Made by a program: the position numbers and the translations under genes. Positions 50,503 through 63,316 of a stretch of 64,000 nt of DNA are shown piece by piece. A model generated the notes under the pieces. The model did no database searches and was not told where the DNA came from. It worked only from the letters and a program-made list of their open reading frames with translations. Position 1 is the first letter of the stretch; every line of letters begins with the position of its first letter. This DNA is from Vitrella brassicaformis CCMP3155 (lineage: Eukaryota > Protista > Chromerida). Location of the stretch: positions 49,337 to 113,336 of the forward strand of contig CDMY01000339.1 of assembly GCA_001179505.1 (NCBI GenBank). The letters run 5' to 3'.

Positions 50503-53500
50503 ATGCCTCAAGCAGGCACCGGCAACTTGCGCCTTGTAGCTCTCATTGCGATAGTGTCACCCTTGACCATGCCACAGCATTTGCCCGACCACCCACCCCT
50601 GCCGCCCAGGCCTTCCAGTTGCGCCTCTGAGTCGTGGATCTCCAGGAGCATCATGATGTTCCAACGCATGGCCAATGAGACCGGAATGCCGGCACGCATG
50701 ACGGTAACCACCACGGGAGGGACAGGAGGGCACAAGCACACCGCTGTCGATGCGATGCGATGTGTGTGTCGACTGATGTTGATGGATGGATGCAGCAGTG
50801 GGCGGACTGCGCCTCCCGTATCCTGCGCAGGGCGGAGTACAGGCGGCGAGCTCAGGCGAGCAGGCGCGAAGGGGCGCCATCATGGGAGCAGGTCAGTCAG
50901 GGAAAGGAGTCACCTCAGTCACCTTACGCACAGGCGGACGGACAGACAGACAGGCAGACAGACACAGGGTGGGGAGGCAGGCAGACAAGAAAAGGAGGAC
51001 CGACCGATGGCTGGTGCCTGACCCAATCGACGACACAGCGGCTTGTCTGTGTGTGTGTGTGTGTGTGTGTGCGTGTGTGCGTGTGGTCAGAGTCTGGCTA
51101 GAGCCAAGCAGTGGATCGAGCAAGCCGAAGGGCGAGGGTATAAGGGCCTCTCGGAGACCCTTGAGGACCAGAAGTTGACGCCAACATTCCTGCGCACTGG
51201 AACACCCACACAGCCACTCCAGGCGTCAGCACAAGGTCGGCGGTGGGGGGGGGGTGGGCCGCTGCACTCAATCGGCAACACGCGGCGCAGGCAGACATGG
51301 CTTGTTGTTCGTTGGTTCGGTTGTGTTTGTGTTTGTGTTTGTGTTTGTGTGTCGGGTCGGTTGGCAGTTGCAGGTCGTATTGCGTCCCCTGTGTCGGCCC
51401 CTCCCCCGTGCGCACAGCTCACTGCACCACACGAGCAGCAACCACAGACCTCTAGAGGTGGGCGACCAGCACACGCCCCATCACTCATGAACGGCAGATT
51501 CCCGGTGCATGTGCTGTGTTGTGTTGTGTTGTGTTGTGGTGACTGTTCAGGTACGGATGCGTCGCCCACGGCGGCTACGACCTCGACGGGCAGCAGCACA
51601 TCGTCGCGCAACTCGGGTACATACGAACGTCACGCACACGGCGGCCAGGGGCGTACACCAACCACTCGATAGACGTCGTTCGTGTGTGTGTGTGTGTGGT
51701 TAATCGTGTCGTGTCGTGTCGTTCGTCAGGGACTGAGCACCTTGGGAGTCCTGGGGGCGGCGGCAGTCCCTCGGCCAAAACTCCACGCATCCGACTTTTG
51801 CCCGACACGAGGTCAGTTCAGTGAGTGATTGGGGCGCCGTCACGCAGCCGCACGAACACAGACACTGTCTGTCTGTGTATCTATCGTCTGCCTGTTGTGT
51901 GTGCTTCAGTCGGAATGCCACAATGTTGAAGTGGGTGATGCCGGGCAACTACGTCGAGGTGGCGGGGGCCTTCACCAACCGCCCTTGGGAGGCCAGACTC
52001 CCACTCTTCAAGTGCCCGCGGTAGACACCCATCCATTCATTCATTCACACACGCCTCTTTCTGCACCTCTCTCACTGTGCTATGCTGTGTTGTGTTGTGT
52101 TGTGTTGTGTTGTGTTTGACGTGTGTCATCCCTCCATCCCATCATTTATTCGGACAGGACTGGAGTGTTTTGGTTGTCACTGCAAGAGGCCTTGCCGGGG
52201 CTGCAGCCCGGCCGCTATCAGTTCAAGTACATCGTCGACGGCGAGTGGAAGTGCGACCCGTCGCTGCCGACGAAAGACGTAAGTGTCCTCGTGAGACACA
52301 CACGCACAAATGGATGCAATTGCACATGTGTGTGTGATGTTCGTGTGCAGGACGGTAGTGGCAACACCAACAATAGCATGACGGTGGCGGCAGCTGAAGG
52401 TGTCCTCGAGTGGAGACATCCCGCAGAGCGGACCGTCTCACTGGCGGGTGCGCAGCCACACTCACACAGGGAGAGAGAGAGCGACATGGATAGCCATTGT
52501 GCGCGCATTCAGGGTCATTCACAGAGCCGCCGTGGGGGCGACAGATGCCGCTCGCCTATGACCCACGGTCAGTGCTGTGGATGAGTGAATGGGCGATCAA
52601 ACACGTGGATCTGATCTGCACACCTCTTTGTGTGTGTGTGGGTGCGTGCCTGACTATGCAGAGATTCCACCTACCGGATCTCGCTACAAGAAGCCGTCCC
52701 GGAGCTGCGGCCCGGTACGGCTGTGGCACACACACGTGGAAAGGTCCGACGAGCGACGTGTGTGTGGTTTGCTGTGGGCCATCAACATGTGAGCAGGGTC
52801 ACATCAGTTGAAGTACATCGTCGACGGCGAGTGGAAATGCGACCCGTCACTCCCGACACAAGATGTAAGTGTCCTCGCGACACACACACAGAGAGGGAGA
52901 GGGAGGGAGAGCTGTGTGTCTGTTTATGTGTACCCACATCGGTGCATTCCTCTCTCTGTGTGTGTGTGTGTGTCTATGATGTGCAGGATGGCAGCGGCAA
53001 CATCAACAACGTGCTGCACTTCCATCGACCATCCGCACCAACACCATCACCATCACCACCAGCCCCATCACCACCAGCCCCAGCCCCACCAGCCCCAGCC
53101 CCAGCCCCAGCACCAACAACGGCACCAGCAATATCACTTCCTGCACGAGTACGTGTGTTTGTTCGTGGCCTGGCCACAGCCGACGAGGCATTAGTTTCAT
53201 CTGCCCACTGTGCAACCTCTCCGTGTGTGTCCGTGTGTATCACATCAGAGTGGTCATGGCCGTCGTCGCCGTCGCCATCCAGCCGATGAGCCGCTCGACT
53301 TCTCATCATTGCCCGACGTGGAGGGCAGCGGCAGCGACACAGAGGAGGACCACGACCAAGGTGAGTGATGGATTGAGGGAGGGAAGAGTGTGTTGGGTGT
53401 GAGAACGGCCNNNNNNNNNNNNNNNNNNNNNNNNNNNNNNNNNNNNNNNNNNNNNNNNNNNNNNNNNNNNNNNNNNNNNNNNNNNNNNNNNNNNNNNNNN

Positions 53501-56350
53501 NNNNNNNNNNNNNNNNNNNNNNNNNNNNNNNNNNNNNNNNNNNNNNNNNNNNNNNNNNNNNNNNNNNNNNNNNNNNNNNNNNNNNNNNNNNNNNNNNNNN
53601 NNNNNNNNNNNNNNNNNNNNNNNNNNNNNNNNNNNNNNNNNNNNNNNNNNNNNNNNNNNNNNNNNNNNNNNNNNNNNNNNNNNNNNNNNNNNNNNNNNNN
53701 NNNNNNNNNNCACACGCACAGACATGGACACACACGAAGCGCAACGGCTCCTTTGTCTGCCTTTCCTTTCCCTCAGGCCGACCGGTTGCCGCCCACATTG
53801 CCCTCGCCGCCTGAGGTGAGTGAGCAGCCGCCGTCTACCCCTGCCGCTGCCGCTGCTGAGGATGAGGGCCCTTTGGAGAGCGACCGTGACATCGAGCCGC
53901 TGGAGCTGCAGGGCAAGGGATGGGCGAGAAGACGGTCAGTCAACCAGCACCATTGCGGCCTCACACACACACGCGACACACACATGTGTGTCTTGATGTG
54001 TGCAGGGCGTCTGTGGGCACGCCGAATGCCACTGCGAGTTCGAGGACTGCTGAGGGGCTCCGGAGAAGTTCGGGAGGTCTGCGCAGATCGTCGGCCGTTG
54101 ACGCCACTGATGCACTCGGGTATGTGAGCGCGCACACACATTTTCCCCCTTTATTTTTGTGTGTCTGTGTGCGCGTGTGTGCGTGTAGGGGTCTGTCTGC
54201 GCACCAGCCTTCGAATGAGTCGCTGCGTGAGGATCGGCTCAGACGCGTCGCGTCCCTGTAAGTGCTCGTTGTCGGTTGCGGACAGCAAATTCTATTGTTG
54301 TGTTGTTGTGTGCGTTGTGGTCAGGTCTTTGGACCACAAGTGGCCGGAGTCGGTGACGGCCCACCTGCACTCACCCGAAGTGCTCGTCGACCTGCACGTC
54401 CCCGTATGTGAATTCTATGATATGCAGATGAGGGCTGTGTGTGTATGTGTGTGTGTGTGTGTGTTTGCAGGACGCCCGTCTTAAGACCAACTTGCGGCTG
54501 AATGCGGGAGCCTTCATGTACGTCTGTCTCTTCCACCAAACACACTCGACACGCACTGCCGCCCATCCATCCATTCTTGCATCTCTCTCTCTCTGTGTGT
54601 GTGTGTCTGTGTGTGTGCCTGTGTGTGTGCAGGATCCCCCACCCCGAGAAGGTCGAGACGGGCGGTGCCGACGCGTATTTCATATGCGAGATCCCCGGTA
54701 GGCACATCCATCCATCCATCCATCCATGTGTGTATGTGTGTGTGTATGTGTGTGTGTGTGTGTCTGTGGGTGTAGGCGGTGGTGCCCTTGGCGTGGCTGA
54801 CGGTGTTGGCGAGTGGGACTCGTTCGGCCTCAACCCCAAGATGTTCGCCGACGAGTTGATGCGGGGGTGCCAGCAGGCGGCCATCCTGGCACTGACGGAC
54901 ACCGACACACCAACAGCGTCATCAGCCGCACCAGCACCAGCAGCAGCAGCTGCTGCTGCTGCTTCTGCTTCGTCGAGCGCTGCTGCCGCTGCCGCTGCCG
55001 CTGCCGCTGCCGCTGCCGCAGAGGACACTGAGACGGGAGTGCGGGAGAAGGACGCCTCTGGTACTGTGACTAATACGCACCATTACAGACACATGGCCTC
55101 ACACACATGCGTGTGCAAACAAACAGGCTCGTCGACCTGCTCACTGACCCCCCTCGCGTCGGCCTCGACGGCCTCGTCCAAGACCCACCAACCTTCCCCG
55201 AGCAACGGCCACGGCGGCAGCGATGGCGACAGGGGCGACAGCGGCAACACTGAGGAGGGCGAGACCTACCTGGAGGATATCAAGTGCATGGACCTGCCGC
55301 CCGAGAAGATCGCCCTGAGGTAAGAATATTCTGTGTGTGTGTGTGTGTGTTGACGGATGTATGGACGGGTGTATCTGTGTGTGTGTAGGATGATGCAATA
55401 CGGGTACACCTGCACCCGTTCCTACGGCGCATCCACGGCACTTGTCGCCTATCTCGACACGAAGGTCAGTGAATGAGCTTTCGTCTTCCACACACCCCTC
55501 TATCCATCCATTCATGTGTGTGTGTGCAGGGCGAGAAGCTAGGCGTCGCTAGCCTCGGCGACTCGACCATGATACTCCTCAGGTAAGTCAGGCAAGGCAC
55601 CTGCCTCCATCCATCCATCCATCCATCCATGTGTGTGTCTGTGTGTGTGTGTGGGTGCGTGCAGACGGCAGAAGGTCTACAGCATGACCGTTGTGGAGCG
55701 GACCAAGGAGCAGCAGCACTCCTGGAATTGCCCATACCAGGTGTGTGGCTGTCTGTCTGTCTCTCTGTCTGCCTACCTACCTGGATGGACGGATGGATGG
55801 ATGCGTGTGTGTGTGCAGCTGTCTCGACTCCCTGACGAGAGCCGGTACGACGAGCTCGAGAGGGAGGGCAAGGTGCGCTCTCTCACACAGAGAGAGAGTG
55901 GGCACACACATGGACGGATGGATGGATGGAAGCGTTCGTGAACTGTATGTGTATGCCAGGAGAGGCTGGTCAACGTGTGCAAGGACGCCAGGCAGAGAAG
56001 CGACGGCGCGATCACTGAGGTATGTGTGGATGCGCGGATATCACGTCACCACACCAAGCCATCTTCCCTCTCCCTCTCTCTCTGTGTGCGCGCGCAGGAC
56101 ACGCCGGAGATGGCGCAGTTCTACTCGGTCAGCGTCCGCGAAGGGGATCTTCTCATCCTGGGCACAGATGGTACACTCACACACTGTGACATGCACACAG
56201 CCCAGCCACACACATGCATTCGGTCAAGTTGATGCGCGCGCCCCGGTGTGTGCAGGCGTGTTCGACAACCTATTCGACTATGAGATCTGCAACATCGCCA
56301 ACCTGGCCCTCTCACCATACGAGTCCCTGGTAGGCAAAGGCCCACAGACA

Positions 56351-56389
<39 letters not shown>

Positions 56390-57903
56390 GGAGAGAGGGA
56401 GGGAGAGAGGCACGTGTGTGTGTGCGTCTGTGTGTGTACAGGTGCTCCACGAGAAGTCCCTTGTCACCCCTGCCCGCGACGTCGCCATCGCCATTGCAGA
56501 GGCAGCGCGNNNNNNNNNNNNNNNNNNNNNNNNNNNNNNNNNNNNNNNNNNNNNNNNNNNNNNNNNNNNNNNNNNNNNNNNNNNNNNNNNNNNNNNNNNN
56601 NNNNNNNNNNNNNNNNNNNNNNNNNNNNNNNNNNNNNNNNNNNNNNNNNNNNNNNNNNNNNNNNNNNNNNNNNNNNNNNNNNNNNNNNNNNNNNNNNNNN
56701 NNNNNNNNNNNNNNNNNNNNNNNNNNNNNNNNNNNNNNNNNNNNNNNNNNNNNNNNNNNNNNNNNNNNNNNNNNNNNNNNNNNNNNNNNNNNNNNNNNNN
56801 NNNNNNNNNGTGTGTCTGTGTGTGTGTGTGGGTGCGTGCAGACGGCAGAAGGTCTACAGCATGACGGTTGTGTAGCGGACCAAGGAGCAGCAGCACTCCT
56901 GGAATTGCCCATACCAGGTGTGTGGCTGTCTGTCTGTCTCTCTGTCTGCCTACCTACCTGGATGGACGGATGGATGGATGCGTGTGTGTGTGCAGCTGTC
57001 TCGACTCCCTGACGAGAGCCGGTACAACGAGCTCGAGAGGGAGGGCAAGGTGCGCTCTCTCACACACAGAGAGAGAGAGGGCACACACATGGACGGATGG
57101 ATGGATGGAAGCGTTCGTGAACTGTATGTGTATGCCAGGAGAGGCTGGTCAACGTGTGCAAGGACGCCAGGCAGAGAAGCGACGGCGCGATCACTGAGGT
57201 ATGTGTGGATGCGCGGATATCACGTCACCACACCAAGCCATCTTCCCTCTCCCTCTCCCTCTCCCTCTCTCTCTGTGTGCGCGCGCAGGACACGCCGGAG
57301 ATGGCGCAGCTCTACTCGGTCAGCGTCCGCGAAGGGGATCTTCTCATCCTGGGCACAGATGGTACACTCACACACTGTGACATGCACACAGCCCAGCCGC
57401 ACACATGCATTCGGTCAAGTTGATGCGTGCGCCCCGGTGTGTGCAGGCGTGTTCGACAACCTATTCGACTATGAGATCTGCAACATCGCCAACCTGGCCC
57501 TCTCACCATACGAGTCCCTGGTAGGCAAAGGCCCACAGACACACACACACATACACAGAGAGAGTGAGAGAGTGAGAGAGAGAGAGAGAGAGGGAGAGAG
57601 GCACGTGTGTGTGTGCGTCTGTGTGTGTACAGGTGCTCCACGAGAAGTCCCTTGTCACCCCTGCCCGCGACGTCGCCATCGCCATTGCAGAGGCAGCGCG
57701 GCACAAGAGGTACACACACACACACATACAAAGCAAGCCCATCCATCCATCCATCCATCAGTATGTTTCTACTTCTTTGTTGCTGCAGCAAGGACCCGCT
57801 GTCCCGCTCGCCCTTCGCCAAGAGCGCCCGGCAGAACGACACCTACTACATGGGGGGCAAGCTCGATGACATCACTGTCATCGCCGCCTGGGTCACTCGC
57901 TGA
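50503..57903 (+). CDS. Two tandem CBM48 (AMPK-beta-type glycogen-binding) domains + PTC7-type PP2C phosphatase
   Basis: LKWVMPGNYVEVAGAF...PGRYQFKYIVDGEWKCDP..DGSGNTNN; second copy LEWRHPAERTVSLAGSF...HQLKYIVDGEWKCDP..DGSGNINN; PP2C IPHPEKVETGGADAYF, LGVADGVGEW, GASTA, LGDS, QQHSWNCPYQ, GDLLILGTDGVFDN, GGKLDDITV. Gaps at 53411-53710 and 56510-56809; the start codon is uncertain. Confidence 0.88.
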
Positions 57904-58527
57904 GGGCGGGAGATCGATCGCCTCTTCCACACACACGCGCACACAGACACAGACACAGACACGCGGCCTTGCTTCTCTGAAGCCCAATCGATTCAAGACG
58001 GCAGTACTTAAACGCTTGACTGCCTTTTGATATGTTATTTCCGTATAGGAAGGGTATTTCACGTGTGAGGGAGGGAGCGATGAGGGGCGCGGTGTGCGTG
58101 GGGGTGCGTGCTTGTGGGCGTCTTTTCTCTGGGGGGCAAGCTAACAGTCGATCAGTCTTTCTTTTCAGAAAGGGGTCTGTTTTCACCTACAGGTATGCTG
58201 CACAGCACTACGTGTGTGTGTGTGGTGGGAGAGGTGGTTTGGGGATTTGGGTACACTCACGGACCTGCTGCGTGTATGTGTGCCAGTGGGGTCTGTTTTT
58301 ACCTACAGGCACAGTGATGTTGTGCTGTTTTCTCGCCCGCCTTTTCCCTCCCCCGCACTTGCCCTCCTTCTCCTGGTTTTTGGCCCTGTGTTCTCGTCTT
58401 CACCTTGTTGGGTTCGTCTTTGTCACATGGCTGCCTTATTTCCCGTAGGACACCTGCTGGTTGCCCGTCGGTTCGCGCTTTTTCCCGTAAATGGGTGAGA
58501 ATGTAGCACCGATGATGGGCTGTGATG

Positions 58528-58558
<31 letters not shown>

Positions 58559-59374
58559 AGCGAAGGAGTGAGACGAGCCAGATACGAGCNNNNNNNNNNN
58601 NNNNNNNNNNNNNNNNNNNNNNNNNNNNNNNNNNNNNNNNNNNNNNNNNNNNNNNNNNNNNNNNNNNNNNNNNNNNNNNNNNNNNNNNNNNNNNNNNNNN
58701 NNNNNNNNNNNNNNNNNNNNNNNNNNNNNNNNNNNNNNNNNNNNNNNNNNNNNNNNNNNNNNNNNNNNNNNNNNNNNNNNNNNNNNNNNNNNNNNNNNNN
58801 NNNNNNNNNNNNNNNNNNNNNNNNNNNNNNNNNNNNNNNNNNNNNNNNNNNNNNNNNNNNNNNNNNNNNNNNNNNNNNNNNNNNNNNNNGGATGGATGGT
58901 GTGTGTGAGTGAGAGGCTCATGCACACTGATTTACGGATGAGAGTCGTTTTGTCATGGTGACTGACCGACTGACTGACTGACGGGACGGGCCGCTGGGTG
59001 CATGGCGTGCATGTATGGATGGTCAGTTTCATGCCACTGTCGGGTGTCATGCATTCCCCTGCATGTGATGTCGTGCTGGGGGATGCATGTGCACCCTCCG
59101 TGTGTATGGATTCATCTTTTGTCTGTATGCTGCACGCACATGCACACACTCGCCGTCACTCAGCAGCCGTGGTCACACGCGCACAGTGTACGTACGAACG
59201 GCCGGGAATGTGCATCCGTGTCGGTGCGTACGGGATGAGACGGACGAGACAGACAAGCGAATGGAATGAAAGGCCCGGCTACTGCCTGTGGTGCAAGGGC
59301 ACCGAAGATGCGAGAATACACATTTTGCACACGTAACCTGACTGACATAGCCCCCCCCCCCACACACACACACA

Positions 59375-59605
59375 GAGAGAGAGAGAGAGATGACCTGAGA
59401 GAGCTGTTCCTTACCTGATAGAGAGGGAGAGAGACTTTGTGTGTCTCTCTTCTGTGAGTATATGGATAATCGCCGCAGCGGATCAATGCACTCACATACA
59501 TTTGTCGAATGTCTCATTTGTGTGCACCTCGTGCTCGTTTGTCTGTGCGCCTGGCTGCGTTAGTATGTGTTTAGTCTGCCTGCTGGGCAGGATAATTGAG
59601 AGTAG
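59375..59605. repeat. 231-bp near-perfect inverted repeat, left arm
   Basis: Reverse complement of 63770-64000 with about one mismatch. Confidence 0.92.
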
Positions 59606-59819
59606 CTGGTGGGTTCGTTAGTGGCGGCGTGGGTGGATGGACTGATGATCGACAGTAAATATTACCTCTCTCAACGTCTCTTCCAATTCATCGTTGTCCC
59701 ATCATTGTGCGCAGCACCATCGATGTCAATTCTATGAATCACTTATGTTCGCCATTGCCACCACTTGACAGCGAAAGCGACATTAATGTGTGTTTCTTTG
59801 TCGCTTCCGCTGGTTCCAC

Positions 59820-61240
59820 TCATCCATCAGCTACTGATTGGTCGAACACTACGGTTGCACCGACAGGCCCCAGCACCACACGCGCCAGCCGAGTGGTCAG
59901 TGGGAAGCGATGCTTGAATACAGCACACACTACAGACAGCCCGCTCCGTCGTCCAAATCCGAAGATGCACTGGAGACACACCCAACAATACAGCATACTG
60001 AGTTGATCAGCAGCACCCATTATGTGTTCTTCCTCGAGCGAAGGCCTGGCTGATGCCAACCCACGCGACGAAGGGCTGGCTGCCATCGTTCAGCACAACG
60101 GCGACTCGCAAGGACACCGTCAGTCATACAGAAGGACGTACTGGTGGTGCACCCCTCGACAGCTGCGTGTGGCATCCGTCTGAGCAGGGTGTGCAGGTGA
60201 TGCATGACCTCATTTCTGATAAGTGACACACACATGACACGCAAGAGACACATATGGCCACAAACAAATACCAAAGAGACTCACGTAACGCACCTGCGAA
60301 CCAAATGGGCGATGAACGACGACATGGACAAATATTTTGTATCCCAGCCAGGCAGCCACACCACAGCCGATTGACAGCGAATGCGGCTGCTGACCGGGGG
60401 GGCGTTTTCTTGTCGGTGCCGCTGGTAGAGGTGGTTGGCAGCGAGAGGCAAGTCAGGGTCTCTGATGGCTCGGAGTATGTCGCCATGCTGGAACAGTTGG
60501 CCAAGCTCGTCACGCGACATGTCCATTGTGTCATACGAGATGCCGTCTGCTGGCCACCAAGCTCACGGCCGCCTTGTTGCTGCTGTCATCCTGAACCTCA
60601 CCCCTCTCGCGTCGCCGCCAGTGCTCGCTGATGACGTCGGGCCTCTTGCGCAGAGACTGACGCAGCGCCGCGCAGATGTCGGGATGGCAGTGGATGAGGC
60701 GCGCGATGAGGATAGCGAGCGAAGCTGTCGAGCAAGTTGCTCGCCAGCTGATGGTCGGCAAGCCATCCCTCCACCACGACCTGACACAGGCCGATTGCTG
60801 GACGAGACCTCTCTCATGCCGATTGCTCACCTTGCGATGGATGCGCATGGCTGCGCCACAGGAGGCTCTGAGTGCTGCCCTTGACAAAGATCTGGTCGAC
60901 GTCGAATTGCAGGTAGTCGAGGGCAATCATGGCCTCCAGCAAATTGTCCTTGGTCAGCGAGCTGACGATATCCATCTCCTGCTGCAGTACCACCTCACCG
61001 ATGGGCCGGCTGATCTTCTCGATGCACACCTGACGCTCCTGGCCCTCCTGAAACTTGCCGCCCATCACCTGCACACACACAAAGGCGATGGCCAGATTGC
61101 CTCGCTGGTTTCTATTCCTGCTAATGTTGCTTCTCACTGACGGATGTGCTCTCCTCCCCTTCATGGAAGAGGAGAGCAACGGTGACGGCAGCGAGCTCAG
61201 GCCGCAGACTTTCTCCCTCTCTTCTTTTTAGAGCTCTCAT
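59820..61240 (-). pseudogene. BTB/POZ-like segment + lineage-specific family domain, probably degenerate
   Basis: VMGGKFQEGQERQVCIEKIS...LTKDNLLEAMIALDYLQFD; LFQHGDILRAIRD; PPVSSRI; HRFPLTTRLARVVLGPV. Frames are not cleanly continuous. Confidence 0.6.
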
Positions 61241-61354
61241 TCGTCGTACCCGTTCCCATCTTGCCCGGCATCCCCTCCCAACCCATCGCCTCTCCCGCCC
61301 GGCCTCTCTTTTGGGGCTCTTCCGTAAGTTCAACTCAGTTCACTGACGGCCGTG

Positions 61355-63316
61355 ATGCAGACAAAGCAGCACCGACATGTACAGCCGGCGAGTGCATCCT
61401 ATATCTCTTTCCGCTGCAAGTGCAGCGTGACGGAGCCGGGAGATGAGCTGGTGTTGGTCGGCAGCTGCGGGGCCCTCGGCTGCTGGCGTGTCAGCAAGGG
61501 CCTGGCCATGACGACAGACCAACAGACGTTCCCGCAGTGGACGCTTGCTGAGGAGCTGGTGCTGGCTGCCGGCGAAAAGCTCGAGTACAAGTACGCGATC
61601 CGCAGGAGCGATGGGCACATTGAGTGGGAGCCACTTGAAGGTATCGCGGTCGATTGCATGAGAGTGTCTGCATCCATCAACTTGACGGCCTTGTTATTGC
61701 GAGTCATGAATGCAGGCAATCGTTTGATCCGGTCGCTGCCGACGGGCCAATTCTCGCTGGACGACAGCTGGGGTACACAGATATGAACATACGCACAAAC
61801 ACGCGTATGCAGAGTGTCTCTGTTAATCTCTCTGTGTGTGGGTGCATGCAGGTGTGCTGCCGCCATTCACCCTGATGAAGGCCAAGTTTCCCCACTGCTC
61901 CACTTCCCACCGGCAGCAGCAGCCACAGCAGCAGCAGCACAGCCAGAATCAGGAACAGCATCCCTTCACATACATCTTCGCTGGCCGCTGCAGCTTCTAT
62001 CTGCTCAGCGTTGACGATATCCTCCGGCTCCGAGGCACATGCACATGCCTCAGAGACCTCTTTGAAGCCCCTCAGCTGCGGCAGCGGCTTATTCACTCAC
62101 TCAGCACACAGGCGGGGCTGCAACGGGTGGCCAGCAGACAGCCGCCAATTCAGCTGCTCGCCTTTGACGATGAGCAGATGGATGTGGCTGAGCTTCTGGC
62201 GGCTGTGTGTGTGATTGAGGTGGGAGGTTCGGCTGAGATCTCCGACGTGATCGACCTGGCGGGGCAGTGCAAGTACTGCCCGTTGCCTGTTACCCTCACT
62301 GCGGCCGATCTATACCAATACCCAAACAAGACGGCAAGCGTGAAAGGGAGGGGATGGCCAGGAGGGAATATACCTGTCGCTGCATGTGCTGTCTGTGCCT
62401 TCATTTGATGTGTGCAGGCGTATTTGGCTTATCCGCGTGTGCTGGCCCAGCTGTGGTTGGTCGGCCACCACATCAACTTCGGCGACGGCATGATCCTTCG
62501 CCTGTTTCAGCATGGGAACGTACTGCGGGCATTCCGAGACGACGATGGCTTCGAGCTTACAATCAACCCGGACCTCCCAACCGGCAGCATCTACCATTTA
62601 TACCCGCAGGATCGGCGAGAGCAGGACCCGCCCGTTTCCAGCAGAGTCGACTATGGGATAATCCAATCCGGCTCAGCTGATTCAGAGTGGGGGCTGGTGC
62701 CGGGAAATGCGGAGCTCCGTTATGTGTCTGTGTCATCATTCGTGAAAGGTGTCATTTTGACGCACTTCAGGACAAGCCATCAGATCGACTTTATTAACAC
62801 AGCAGTGGCCAGGTGAGTCGGGAGATGTCAAGAAGAAGGTTGTCCAAATACGCGTCTCCGGTATGTTGGGTGTCATTCGTCAGACATACGGCAAATGATC
62901 GGCTGCATACCCTTATGACATCAGTCGAAAGATGCACCACCACCGTAACGTTTGGAGTCCTCCTCGTCAGCAGTCGTGATTTTGCACTCACTGACGCCAG
63001 CCAGCCCTTTGTCGCGTGGATTCAGCTTCATGATCCAGATTACTTGTCTTTGCTGCAGCCCTATAGTCAGTCCCTGCCGATTAATTCATTACACTGTACA
63101 TCATTCATCGGCTTGCTCTTGTTTGTTTGTTTGTTTGTTTGCATTCGTGCAGTCAGCGTGTCTGTCCTTGCAACTGAAGCAGCTGTCGGTGGTATGAGTG
63201 CTGCCTTTGAGGACCGCTTCCCAATGACCACCCGGCTGGCGCGCGTGATGCTGGGGCCTGTCATTGCAGCCATCCTGTTTGACAGGCCCCACACTTTGAC
63301 AGGCCCCACAGTTTGA
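61355..63316 (+). CDS. CBM20 starch-binding domain fused to a lineage-specific F-box-like protein
   Basis: ISFRCKCSVTEPGDELVLVGSCGALGCW...FPQW...LEYKYAI...IEWE..GNR...DDSWG, spliced (phase 1) to HPFTYIFAGRCSFYLLSVDDILRLRGTCTCLRDLF...LFQHGNVLRAF...EDRFPMTTRLARVML. One GC donor at 62334-62335. Confidence 0.8.

Noticed and set aside
50340-50720. Minus-strand reading ELRDCFEPVDVRRRVL as another family member
   Set aside because: The frames are broken, and the plus strand gives a better first exon with a proper donor into the CBM48-PP2C gene.
55633-57700. ~880-bp tandem duplication of PP2C exons (55633-56509 and 56810-57700), with a TAG at 56873 in the second copy
   Set aside because: The two copies abut the N gap exactly on both sides and differ by only a few bases and microsatellite lengths. 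This is typical of unmerged overlapping contigs or haplotypes, so it was not treated as biology.
52974-59149. Long ORFs containing X runs, and many 60-150 aa ORFs rich in THTH/VCVC/DRQT/MDGW
   Set aside because: They are artefacts of N gaps and translated intronic microsatellites.
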